A stretch of DNA of 50,826 nt from an uncultured Candidatus Saccharibacteria bacterium (GTDB lineage: Bacteria > Patescibacteriota > Minisyncoccia > UBA6257 > GWB1-50-10), in the NCBI GenBank assembly GCA_964639325.1, contig CAZXDO010000006.1:1-50826 (forward strand), given 5' to 3'. Position 1 is the first letter of the stretch; each line of letters starts with the position of its first letter. Shown piece after piece: positions 1 through 7,996 of this stretch. The notes beneath the pieces are model-generated. The model ran no database searches and was not told the origin of the DNA. It saw only the letters and a list, made by a program, of their open reading frames with translations. Position numbers and translations under genes: made by a program.

Positions 1-2
1 AA

Positions 3-317
3 AAGAAAGGTTATAAAAACACTCTTGATTGGACCAAGTATGAAGGACTCAAGCCCTATGACAGTAACAAAGAAAGATCAAAAGAATTTTCTTTAAAAGT
101 TGAGAGGGCTATAAATGAATGTGATTTATTTATTCTCATAAGCGATGAAATGGGAACAGGGATGCATACGGAGCTAGGTATAGCCATGCAAAGAGCTTTG
201 CAAGAAGGCGCTCCTAAAATTTATATAATAGGTAATTATCTGTCTCGTTCTGTATTTTATTTTCACCCTGTTATAAATAAAGCAAATAAGATAGAAGAAA
301 TCTTAGATATTCTTTAA
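3..317 (+). CDS. hypothetical protein, 3' fragment (start lies upstream of window)
   Basis: Frame 3 is open from the window edge to TAA at 315-317 (...DLFILISDEMGTGMHTELGIAMQRALQEGAPKIYIIGNY...). Weak resemblance to nucleoside 2-deoxyribosyltransferase-like proteins. Not in the ORF track because no start codon lies in the window. Confidence 0.45.
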   Translation, partial: KKGYKNTLDWTKYEGLKPYDSNKERSKEFSLKVERAINECDLFILISDEMGTGMHTELGIAMQRALQEGAPKIYIIGNYLSRSVFYFHPVINKANKIEEILDIL

Positions 318-335
318 ATTGATAAAAATAAATTT

Positions 336-902
336 ATGAGCGACGGTAGAAAATTAAATATTGTTGATGAGAACGATAATGTAGTAGGTGTTAAAGACAG
401 AGAAGAAATTCATAAAGAAGGTTTTTTACATAGGGAAGTTCATGTTTGGCTTTACACCCCTCTAGGAGAAATAATTTTTCAGCACAGAGCTAAAGATAAA
501 GACACCTATCCCAACTTGCTAGATGCCTCAGCCGGAGGTCATGTTGAAATAGGTGATAGTTATGCAGATACAGCTATAAAAGAATTAAGAGAAGAAACGG
601 GTTTAGAAATTAACGCAGAAAACTTAATTTTCATTGTTAAGACAAGAGAAGATAGTCATGATCAAGTTACGGGAAAAGAGAATAATACTTTCAGGTCAAT
701 CTATGCCTATAGATATGAAGATGGTCTGAATAATTTAAAAATTGAAAAAGGAAAAGCTTTATTTTTTGAATCCTGGCCTATCAACAAAATTATTAATTTA
801 GATTTAACTGAAGAAGAAAGAAAAAAGTTTGTTCCGGACTTATTAAAGAACAGGTATTTAGATGTTTTTAAAGAAATTAAAAGGTTGTTTAATAAAAACT
901 AA
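336..902 (+). CDS. Nudix hydrolase
   Basis: 188-aa ORF with Nudix box GGHVEIGDSYADTAIKELREETGL (GX5EX7REUXEEXGU pattern). Confidence 0.85.
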   Translation: MSDGRKLNIVDENDNVVGVKDREEIHKEGFLHREVHVWLYTPLGEIIFQHRAKDKDTYPNLLDASAGGHVEIGDSYADTAIKELREETGLEINAENLIFIVKTREDSHDQVTGKENNTFRSIYAYRYEDGLNNLKIEKGKALFFESWPINKIINLDLTEEERKKFVPDLLKNRYLDVFKEIKRLFNKN

Positions 903-948
903 GTATTTTTTATGTTAAAATAAAAGAAAATTAAAATAAATTAAAATT

Positions 949-1407
949 ATGAAAAATATACACGAAAATCTTAAAGAAGAATTAAAAGAAGCTATGAAAG
1001 AAAAGAAAGAAACTAAAGTTTTGGTTATTAGAGATCTCCTTACCGCTTTTACTAACGAGGCTGTAAAAACCGGAAAAACAGCTCAATCAATTTTAGAAGA
1101 TGAAGAAGCCCTTAAAGTAATAAAAGGAAAAGCCAAACAAAGGAAAGATTCTATAGAAAGTTTTGAAAAAGGAGGGAGAGAGGATTTGGTTGAAAAAGAA
1201 AAAGCCGAGCTTGAAGTAATTGAGGAATATCTTCCGGAACAGCTTTCAGATGAGGAAATAGAAGAAATAGTAAACAAAGCAATTGAAGAAACGGGTGCTA
1301 TGGAAATTTCTGATATGGGAAGGGTTATAGGTAAAGTCATGGAAAAAGTAGGTAATCAAGTTGAAGGAGGAAAAGTTTCTGAAATTGTAAAAGAAAAGCT
1401 TCAATAA
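949..1407 (+). CDS. GatB/YqeY domain-containing protein
   Basis: 152-aa ORF with full-length resemblance to YqeY-type proteins (LKEAMKEKKETKVLVIRDLLTAF..., C-terminal GKVMEKVGNQVEGGKVSEIVKEKL). Confidence 0.8.
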   Translation: MKNIHENLKEELKEAMKEKKETKVLVIRDLLTAFTNEAVKTGKTAQSILEDEEALKVIKGKAKQRKDSIESFEKGGREDLVEKEKAELEVIEEYLPEQLSDEEIEEIVNKAIEETGAMEISDMGRVIGKVMEKVGNQVEGGKVSEIVKEKLQ

Positions 1408-1419
1408 AAAACCATAAAA

Positions 1420-1468
1420 GTTATCCACACCAACTTGGGGGTTCCCGACACCCCCAAGTTGGTTTTTT
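1420..1468. repeat. GC-hairpin / DnaA-box element, copy 1 (terminator-like)
   Basis: GTTATCCACA (box TTATCCACA at 1421-1429), then stem CCAACTTGGGGG 1430-1441, loop TTCCCGACA 1442-1450, stem CCCCCAAGTTGG 1451-1462, and T6 at 1463-1468. Lies 13 nt after the yqeY-like stop. Confidence 0.9.
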
Positions 1469-1675
1469 ATACACATTTTTTGAATTTTAAGGAGGTTAGT
1501 GGATTTATTGATTTAATACTTTTTGCTTATTTAAGCTATTTTTTTATTTTTAAACCATTAAATTTAAAAATCTACTTGACATATATTTTAGATAGGGAGA
1601 TGCTTATAATAAGTATCAAAGGTCGGGCTCGGGCCGACGGGAAACGGTCCGAATTACTTAAAAATTAGGAAAAGC

Positions 1676-2638
1676 ATGAATAAAATTACTAAAATTAAGA
1701 AATTTGTTACTGGAAGCACCATTGGAATGGTTGTAGCTGGTTTATTGGTAGCTGGAGTCGCCTCAGCAGCCCTCCTTACTGTTTACACCACTATGTTGGG
1801 TGAAGGTGATGTAGAGCAGTCAGTAAAATTTGGAAACGGAGATATTGCAAAAACATATACCATTGGAAACTCTCCAGCTATAGCCGGAAATACTTACACT
1901 CAAAATTACAATCTTGAGAACAGTTCAGAAACTACTGCTCCTATTAGATTTGTAACCAACCAGTGTATAGTTGGCGGAGGTTATTGTGGTGCTACTTATC
2001 ACGACGAACCAGGAGTTGAAACTTCTTACTGGAGTACTTTGGAATTAACCCAAAAAGATAAAAATTGGGACCCAGATCCAAAAGGTGCAACAGGAACTTT
2101 AACCTACGAATTGGTAGCTTCAAAATTCAATTACGAATTTGAAGCCGAAGGACTTGATGAAGGTGGAGAATACTCCTTGATTTACTATGCCGATAAGCAA
2201 GATAGATTTGAGAATTTCGGTGGAGATAACCCGGGAGCGTTAATCGCTGAATTTACTGCTGATGATAAAGGAAATATTTCTGCTGAAGGAAGTAAAAACT
2301 TGGGTATGGATTTGCCTCATCCTGAAGATTGGAATGGTTCTTCTGAAGCAAATTATTGCGACAATGAAGAGGATGATGATTATGAATTGTGCCGTGGAGC
2401 GAAAATATGGTTGGTTCCAACCAATGATTATAACGGAACAGACAAGGTGGTAGATTGGAACAACATGGATAGCTATCTCTACGAAACAGACCTGATTACT
2501 TATGACGATATTGACAACGGAGAAGCTTTGTATCTTGGTGAAGGAATCTTAAACTTCTTTGTTAAGAATGTTCTTGATATAGCTCTTGCTCCGGGTGATT
2601 ACGAAGTAAGTACAAAAATAAAACCAGTAACTAACTAA
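1676..2638 (+). CDS. secreted or cell-surface protein, unknown family
   Basis: 320-aa ORF. K-rich N-terminus plus a hydrophobic helix (STIGMVVAGLLVAGVASAALL), followed by an acidic, Cys-containing hydrophilic body. First gene of a 3-gene cluster. Confidence 0.7.
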   Translation: MNKITKIKKFVTGSTIGMVVAGLLVAGVASAALLTVYTTMLGEGDVEQSVKFGNGDIAKTYTIGNSPAIAGNTYTQNYNLENSSETTAPIRFVTNQCIVGGGYCGATYHDEPGVETSYWSTLELTQKDKNWDPDPKGATGTLTYELVASKFNYEFEAEGLDEGGEYSLIYYADKQDRFENFGGDNPGALIAEFTADDKGNISAEGSKNLGMDLPHPEDWNGSSEANYCDNEEDDDYELCRGAKIWLVPTNDYNGTDKVVDWNNMDSYLYETDLITYDDIDNGEALYLGEGILNFFVKNVLDIALAPGDYEVSTKIKPVTN

Positions 2639-2729
2639 CATAAAGCTGGAAATTCTGCTCTCGTTATTGCGAGGGCAGAGGCGAGTCCATTTTTATTAAT
2701 ATAAAAGCGGACTCACCTCTGCTAAAGCT

Positions 2730-3305
2730 ATGAATAATAATAAAATTAAATTAATCATAGGAATTGGCTTGCTTTTAATAGCAACAACTTCTTTTGCTGT
2801 TTTTTTGGAATACTATGTTAGGGCGGAAGGAAGCAGTAAAGTTTCTCCTCCGGAGTTTTATATTGGTTCACCTCTTTCTGAAAAGCTTTTAATTGTTAAC
2901 GAAAAATCTCCTGATTGTGGAAGTTTTGGAATAGATGGAGATTTTAGAACTTTTAAGACAAGAGAGTTAAACGGAGTGAGTTTCAACTACCTTCCTAAAG
3001 TTAATTTTTATGTAAGGGCAAGTGGAGATAATACAGTTTCCACCTCAACCCCCTCAATGCGTCTTAGATTTGGTTATTACAAAAACAGTGATACTTCGGG
3101 GAGTAACCCCTTGTACTTAGCTGAAACTGAAATTAATCTCTCTAGTGACTTAACTGATTACTCTCTTCCTTCAATAAATGCCTCTACAAACCCAACTAAC
3201 ATTGGCCGGTTTTTCTATGAATTTAAAAAACTTTGCTCTGAATGTACTTATAAAATAAGTAGGTGCAACGGCAATTTTTATACCAAAGTAAAATTAACTG
3301 AATAA
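2730..3305 (+). CDS. secreted or membrane-anchored protein, unknown family
   Basis: 191-aa ORF with an N-terminal hydrophobic helix (LIIGIGLLLIATTSFAVFL). Its stop directly abuts the next start (3305/3306). Confidence 0.65.
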   Translation: MNNNKIKLIIGIGLLLIATTSFAVFLEYYVRAEGSSKVSPPEFYIGSPLSEKLLIVNEKSPDCGSFGIDGDFRTFKTRELNGVSFNYLPKVNFYVRASGDNTVSTSTPSMRLRFGYYKNSDTSGSNPLYLAETEINLSSDLTDYSLPSINASTNPTNIGRFFYEFKKLCSECTYKISRCNGNFYTKVKLTE

Positions 3306-4514
3306 ATGAAAAACAACTTTTACAAATTAGCAACATTAAGCTTAATACTTGTCCTTAGCGGGATTATTTTTACTGCTTTAGCTCACGCAGAAAGTGGTCT
3401 TTCTTTAGTTGTAAATAAAGAATGTAATATTAAATACAGCGGTAATAGCTGTACTGCTGATTTGGAAATGAAAAATTCTACAGGTAAGGTTTTAGAAGGT
3501 AAAGCATTTCTTTCTATTGACTACAAAGGAACTTGCGGAAACGGTCCTTTTGATGGTGATGGAATTACAGCTCAATTTTTAATAAATGAAAAAGTTTTTA
3601 ATTTTTCCAGCGAATGGAATAATGGAACCACCACAGCTTCAGGTTTTGAAATAAAAAAGAATACAACCTATCCCAAGCTTAAAATAAATACTGTTCCCAA
3701 CCTTTGTCCGGGTATATACACTTACACCTTAACAATAAAAGGAACCTCTGAGGGTGGTGAAGAATACATAACCGAACCTACTCCTGTAGGCGGTGGAGGA
3801 GGAGGCAGCGCATATCGTTCTCCTGACGAAGAAGAAATAATAAATATTGAAAACGTATCCATTTTAGAAGTAATCTCTCAAGAAACAGGTGAAAGGGAAG
3901 AGGTTTTAGGTTGGAGTACTACCGATGAAAACAATGAACCTTTTGCCACTAACGGGGCTGTAGTTTACGGAACCCAATCTGTTCCTGAAAACAACCTTGG
4001 TCCTGCTCCTAATTATGGCTATCAATTTAGACAAGAAAGTGAAGGAAAAAAAGATAATCACCTAGTTACCCTTAGCAATCTTCAACCCGGGACAACTTAT
4101 TATTACCGTATAGTTTCGTGGGCTTCTCCGGACACTGTTAGCAAGGAATACACTTTCACCGTTTCGGAGGAAGAAGAAGAAACAACTCCTACAGAAGGAA
4201 TAATTTCCGGTGAAGGCACCGTTCCCGAAACCGGTGAAGGAGAACCAACAGGAAGTGGCGGAGAAACAGAAGAAACAGGAGAAACCGGCGTAGGTGAATC
4301 TGAAATAGAGGATCTTGTCACTCAACTAACAGAAGAAGATAATTTTCCTAACGGTCTTCCTGCTGGTTTGTTAACTGCAGCTACTCTTCTTACTCTAGGT
4401 ACCGGGAAAAATATAATAGCCATGTTTATATTATTTATAATCCTTGTTATTTTATTCTTCCTTTATGATAAATATTTCAGGAGATCAAAAAAGGACAAAG
4501 TAAAAGGATTTTAA
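3306..4514 (+). CDS. cell-surface protein with signal peptide, FN3-like segment, acidic Glu/Thr/Gly linker and C-terminal membrane anchor
   Basis: 402-aa ORF. Signal peptide ends ...FTALAHA-ES. Contains a Gly6 run and the FN3-like motif LSNLQPGTTYYYRIVSWASPD. C-terminal helix IIAMFILFIILVILFFLY is followed by RRSKKDKVK. Confidence 0.7.
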   Translation: MKNNFYKLATLSLILVLSGIIFTALAHAESGLSLVVNKECNIKYSGNSCTADLEMKNSTGKVLEGKAFLSIDYKGTCGNGPFDGDGITAQFLINEKVFNFSSEWNNGTTTASGFEIKKNTTYPKLKINTVPNLCPGIYTYTLTIKGTSEGGEEYITEPTPVGGGGGGSAYRSPDEEEIINIENVSILEVISQETGEREEVLGWSTTDENNEPFATNGAVVYGTQSVPENNLGPAPNYGYQFRQESEGKKDNHLVTLSNLQPGTTYYYRIVSWASPDTVSKEYTFTVSEEEEETTPTEGIISGEGTVPETGEGEPTGSGGETEETGETGVGESEIEDLVTQLTEEDNFPNGLPAGLLTAATLLTLGTGKNIIAMFILFIILVILFFLYDKYFRRSKKDKVKGF

Positions 4515-4558
4515 TGTTTTGTAATCAAATATTAATAAATAACCCAATAAAGTTAATA

Positions 4559-4581
4559 AACAGCTCAATATTTGAGCTGTT
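4559..4581 (+). terminator. AACAGCTCA-family hairpin, copy a
   Basis: AACAGCTCA 4559-4567, loop ATATT, TGAGCTGTT 4573-4581, then TT. The same stem sequence recurs at 17183 and 35741. Confidence 0.6.
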
Positions 4582-4593
4582 TTCAGTTAAAAA

Positions 4594-4642
4594 GTTATCC
4601 ACAACAACTTGGGGGTTCCCGACACCCCCAAGTTGGTTTTTT
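4594..4642. repeat. GC-hairpin / DnaA-box element, copy 2 (terminator-like)
   Basis: TTATCCACA 4595-4603. Stem CAACTTGGGGG 4605-4615, loop TTCCCGACA 4616-4624, stem CCCCCAAGTTG 4625-4635, then GTTTTTT. Confidence 0.9.
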
Positions 4643-4681
4643 GTTACATAAAGTGTTTTTCTTGATATAATAAAACCGGAT

Positions 4682-5779
4682 ATGAAAAATGATCGGAAAT
4701 ATCTTGTCGTTGAACAACTTGATTCCAAATTTAGAATTTCAAGTGTTTTTCTTAGTAAATCAAATGAATTAATTCTTCTTGATGCGGATGAAGTTGCAGA
4801 TCTCAGTAATGTTAAAAAAACATTTTCAGCTCCTTACGTCGTTCTTGCTCTTGATTCCAAACACGCCACTACCATAGAAAAAGAGATAACTATAGGAAGG
4901 CTTCATCCAAATAGGGAAGTTACTGAAAATGAAATGGATCAAATTATCTTTAAAGTTCTTTGGGAATTTTTAAACGAACATCGTAATAAAGCTGCTAAGA
5001 AAATGGATGTTACTGACTTAGACATAGTTCTTTCAGAAATTGAAATAAAAGAAGTATTTTTAGGATCAAAAAACATCCTTAGCCCTATTGGTTTTAAAGG
5101 AGAAAAAGTTACTTTTCGTTTTCGAGGCACTCTTATTCCTAGAAGTTCTTTAGAATATATTGAATCTTTAAGGGTTTTTGGTCATAACTTAAAAGCGGTA
5201 GAACGCTTTGCTATTATTTCTTCTCTATCTTCACCGGCTGATTTTTTTGTTCATTCCGGAAACAACAATACGGAAGTATTTTCAATTAAAGACAAGACCC
5301 TTGAATACAAAGAAAAGTATCCTTGGGGAGTAAAAAAAATTGTTGTTCCTGTGTCCGAAAACTTTTCGATAAACGAAGAATCTGCTTGCCAAATTCTTGA
5401 ATGGTATTTTGACGGTCGTCTTTCAGAAAATTTTAGCCAAGCCGTAAAAAAGAAAATAAAACCGGCCCTTGATGAGTTGAATAAAACAGTTAAAAGCATT
5501 ACTAAAAGAAGGAAGGTGAAAATAATAGTTAATATACCTAAGCCCTTTTTTGAAGAAGCTTTTGGGGAATATAATAAAGCAGAACACTTTGATATTATTG
5601 GAACTCTGGAATCTAAGGGATTTAATGTTATTATTAAAAAAAACAGTAAGAAAGATTTCTTTTTAAATCAAAATAATTCTGCTTTGGTCTTAGCTGGTTC
5701 CAATCTTTTCTCACCCCATTATGAGAATTTAAATAGAATGTTAAGAAGAAGATCAAGGTGGCTTGTTCCTCACTCTTAA
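4682..5779 (+). CDS. hypothetical protein
   Basis: 365-aa ORF with normal coding appearance. No motif I can assign. Confidence 0.6.
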   Translation: MKNDRKYLVVEQLDSKFRISSVFLSKSNELILLDADEVADLSNVKKTFSAPYVVLALDSKHATTIEKEITIGRLHPNREVTENEMDQIIFKVLWEFLNEHRNKAAKKMDVTDLDIVLSEIEIKEVFLGSKNILSPIGFKGEKVTFRFRGTLIPRSSLEYIESLRVFGHNLKAVERFAIISSLSSPADFFVHSGNNNTEVFSIKDKTLEYKEKYPWGVKKIVVPVSENFSINEESACQILEWYFDGRLSENFSQAVKKKIKPALDELNKTVKSITKRRKVKIIVNIPKPFFEEAFGEYNKAEHFDIIGTLESKGFNVIIKKNSKKDFFLNQNNSALVLAGSNLFSPHYENLNRMLRRRSRWLVPHS

Positions 5780-5786
5780 AAATACA

Positions 5787-7412
5787 ATGGATAAAGAACA
5801 CAAAATATTTTTAGAACCTGAAGAAAGCCTTGAAGAGGTAATAGATAAAATAAAAAAAGGAAAAGGAGATAAAATTGTCCTCCATATTCCAGAAGGATCT
5901 GTTTTAAGATCTTCAATAGACAATTTTTACGCCATTAAAGAAAAATCCTTTATTGAGGGTAAAGAAATTTTAATAGAATCAGTTGATCCCTATATTGAAG
6001 AAATTGCAGAAAGAGTTGGTCTTGATGCAATAAACCCTATATTTGGCAGGGAAGAACATTTTGTTTCAGATATTATTCCTAGAAGAAAAAAAGGTATCTT
6101 AACTTCAACCTCAGATTATAAGAAAGAAGGGGGGGTAGAAAAGGAAAAGGAAGACAAGGCTTATAATTTCTTTAACGCTCCTAAATCTAAAAAGATTCTA
6201 AAAGAAGAAAAAAGGAAAGAAAAAAAAGAAAGAAAAGCAATCCAGCCGGTAAACAGAAAAAAACGTTCTTTAGTTCTGGCCGGAACTTTTACTTTACTTA
6301 TACTTCTTGGATTTTTAGCTGTTAATGTTCTCCCTAAAGCCGATGTTGAGGTGACTCTAAAAAAATCACCTCTTTCTTTTGAAGAAAACATAATAGCCTC
6401 AGCTTCTGTTTATGAAATTGCTCTCGGCGAAGAAGAAATTATTATTCCCGGTGAATTATTAACCGCTGTTAAAAACATTGAAAAAAAGTTTCCGGCCACC
6501 GGAGAGGAAGAGATTCAAAAAAAAGCCACCGGGGAATTATATATATACAATGAGTATTCTTCTGCTCCCCAGACACTTGTGGATACTACTCGTTTTGTTT
6601 CTTCGGAAGGCAAAGTGTTTCGCCTTGACGAAAAGGTAACCGTTCCCGGAGCTGAAATAATCGGCGGGGAAATACTTCCTTCCAAGATAAAAGTTTCTGT
6701 TACAGCTGATAAAGCAGGGGAAGAATATAATATTAATTCAGACTCTGAAGAAAAATGGACCATTCCGGGCTTTAAAGAGGCCGGTCTTACCGATCGCTAC
6801 AATAAATTTTATGCTAAAACTGCTAGCTCTATGAGTGGAGGATATTCCGGAATATCCAAAGTTCCCACAGAAGAAGATTTGGAAAAAGCCGAGGCGGAAA
6901 TTAAAGAAATTCTTAAATCTTCTTTAGAAAGCCAGATAATGATAGCTTATTCTGATAACTTTAAATCACTTGAACCGGCTCGCCAGTTTGAAATTACTAA
7001 AATAGATTTTTCTGAAAGAGCCGATGATGAAGGCAATTTCAGCATCTTTGCTGAGGGCAAAACAGAAGCCTTTGTTTTTGAAGAGAAAACTTTAAAAGAA
7101 GCTTTAATTGAGAAAAATTCTTCTCCTCTTGATTTTGATTTTCAAATAATAGAAAGCAAGGTTAATTATTCCGAGGCTAAAACAGGAGAAAATGAGGAAT
7201 CGATATCTTTTAGTATTAATGGTTCTTTTGTCGTTGAACCTAAAATAAATAAAGACAACCTTAAGGCTCAACTTATCGGACAAACTGAAGAGATGGTAAA
7301 ACCAATACTTTTTTCAATTCCCAATTTGGAAAAAGCCCGAATTACTCTATGGCCTTTTTGGGTGAGTAAAGTTCCGGAAAATCCTAAAAAGGTAAATATA
7401 GAATTAAAGTAA
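5787..7412 (+). CDS. hypothetical membrane-anchored protein
   Basis: ORF track gives 5763..7412. I prefer the ATG at 5787 (MDKEHKIF...) because it avoids overlap with the upstream gene. K/E-rich region, then one TM helix (LVLAGTFTLLILLGFLAVNVL), then a large extracytoplasmic domain. Confidence 0.6.
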   Translation: MDKEHKIFLEPEESLEEVIDKIKKGKGDKIVLHIPEGSVLRSSIDNFYAIKEKSFIEGKEILIESVDPYIEEIAERVGLDAINPIFGREEHFVSDIIPRRKKGILTSTSDYKKEGGVEKEKEDKAYNFFNAPKSKKILKEEKRKEKKERKAIQPVNRKKRSLVLAGTFTLLILLGFLAVNVLPKADVEVTLKKSPLSFEENIIASASVYEIALGEEEIIIPGELLTAVKNIEKKFPATGEEEIQKKATGELYIYNEYSSAPQTLVDTTRFVSSEGKVFRLDEKVTVPGAEIIGGEILPSKIKVSVTADKAGEEYNINSDSEEKWTIPGFKEAGLTDRYNKFYAKTASSMSGGYSGISKVPTEEDLEKAEAEIKEILKSSLESQIMIAYSDNFKSLEPARQFEITKIDFSERADDEGNFSIFAEGKTEAFVFEEKTLKEALIEKNSSPLDFDFQIIESKVNYSEAKTGENEESISFSINGSFVVEPKINKDNLKAQLIGQTEEMVKPILFSIPNLEKARITLWPFWVSKVPENPKKVNIELK

Positions 7413-7440
7413 AAATTACTTAGTTTTGGTGTTTAAGGGG

Positions 7441-7469
7441 TTGACTTTATCCCTCTTCATTATTAATGT
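7441..7469 (+). promoter_or_regulatory. candidate sigma70-type promoter upstream of infA
   Basis: TTGACT 7441-7446, 17-nt spacer, TAATGT 7464-7469. Confidence 0.4.
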
Positions 7470-7524
7470 TATAAACATAGCTTATTGGTTTTATAATAAA
7501 ACCAGCGAGTGAAAAATTTAGATA

Positions 7525-7746
7525 ATGGTAAAAAACGATAATATTGTAACTGTTGAGGGGCAAATAACAGAGATTCTTCCAAGTCTTCAATTTCGTGTTA
7601 AACTCGAAAAAGATGAACGGGAGATTATTGCTCATCTTTCCGGAAAAATGAAGATGCATCGTATTAGAGTTGTTCCGGGTGACAAGGTTAAGATAGAAAT
7701 GCCTGAAGAAAACAGTGAAAGAGGAAGAATAGTTCGGCGCCTTTAA
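7525..7746 (+). CDS. infA: translation initiation factor IF-1
   Basis: 73-aa S1-like protein: VEGQITEILPSLQFRVKLEKDEREIIAHLSGKMKMHRIRVVPGDKVKIE. Confidence 0.95.
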   Translation: MVKNDNIVTVEGQITEILPSLQFRVKLEKDEREIIAHLSGKMKMHRIRVVPGDKVKIEMPEENSERGRIVRRL

Positions 7747-7781
7747 ACATTAACAAATGAAACTTTTAGGTGTTGGTTAGT

Positions 7782-7816
7782 GAAACAAATTATTTTTGAT
7801 TTGTTTCTCTTATTTT
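7782..7816 (+). terminator. intrinsic terminator-like hairpin after infA
   Basis: GAAACAAAT 7782-7790 pairs with ATTTGTTTC 7799-7807, followed by TCTTATTTT. Confidence 0.5.
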
Positions 7817-7818
7817 CC

Positions 7819-7848
7819 TTGTAATTAATGAATATATAGGTGTATAAT
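7819..7848 (+). promoter_or_regulatory. candidate promoter for rpmJ-rpsM-rpsK-rpsD
   Basis: TTGTAA 7819-7824, 18-nt spacer, TATAAT 7843-7848. Confidence 0.4.
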
Positions 7849-7865
7849 TGAGCAATTAACTATTT

Positions 7866-7979
7866 ATGAAAGTACGAGCTTCAGTAAAAAAAATATGCAA
7901 AGATTGTAAAGTCGTGAGAAGAAAGGGCCGAGTTTATGTTATATGTAAAAATCCTAAACATAAACAGCGCCAAGGGTAA
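7866..7979 (+). CDS. rpmJ: 50S ribosomal protein L36
   Basis: Hand-translated 37-aa ORF, too short for the ORF track: [37 protein letters not shown]. Canonical position between infA and rpsM. Confidence 0.93.
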   Translation: MKVRASVKKICKDCKVVRRKGRVYVICKNPKHKQRQG

Positions 7980-7996
7980 TAATTTTTTAACAAACT

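Noticed and set aside
1435-1668. 77-aa + strand ORF between the yqeY-like gene and the surface operon; likewise 4525-4728 (-).
   Set aside because: They begin inside the GC-hairpin terminator and span promoter and leader sequence, which makes them implausible as genes.
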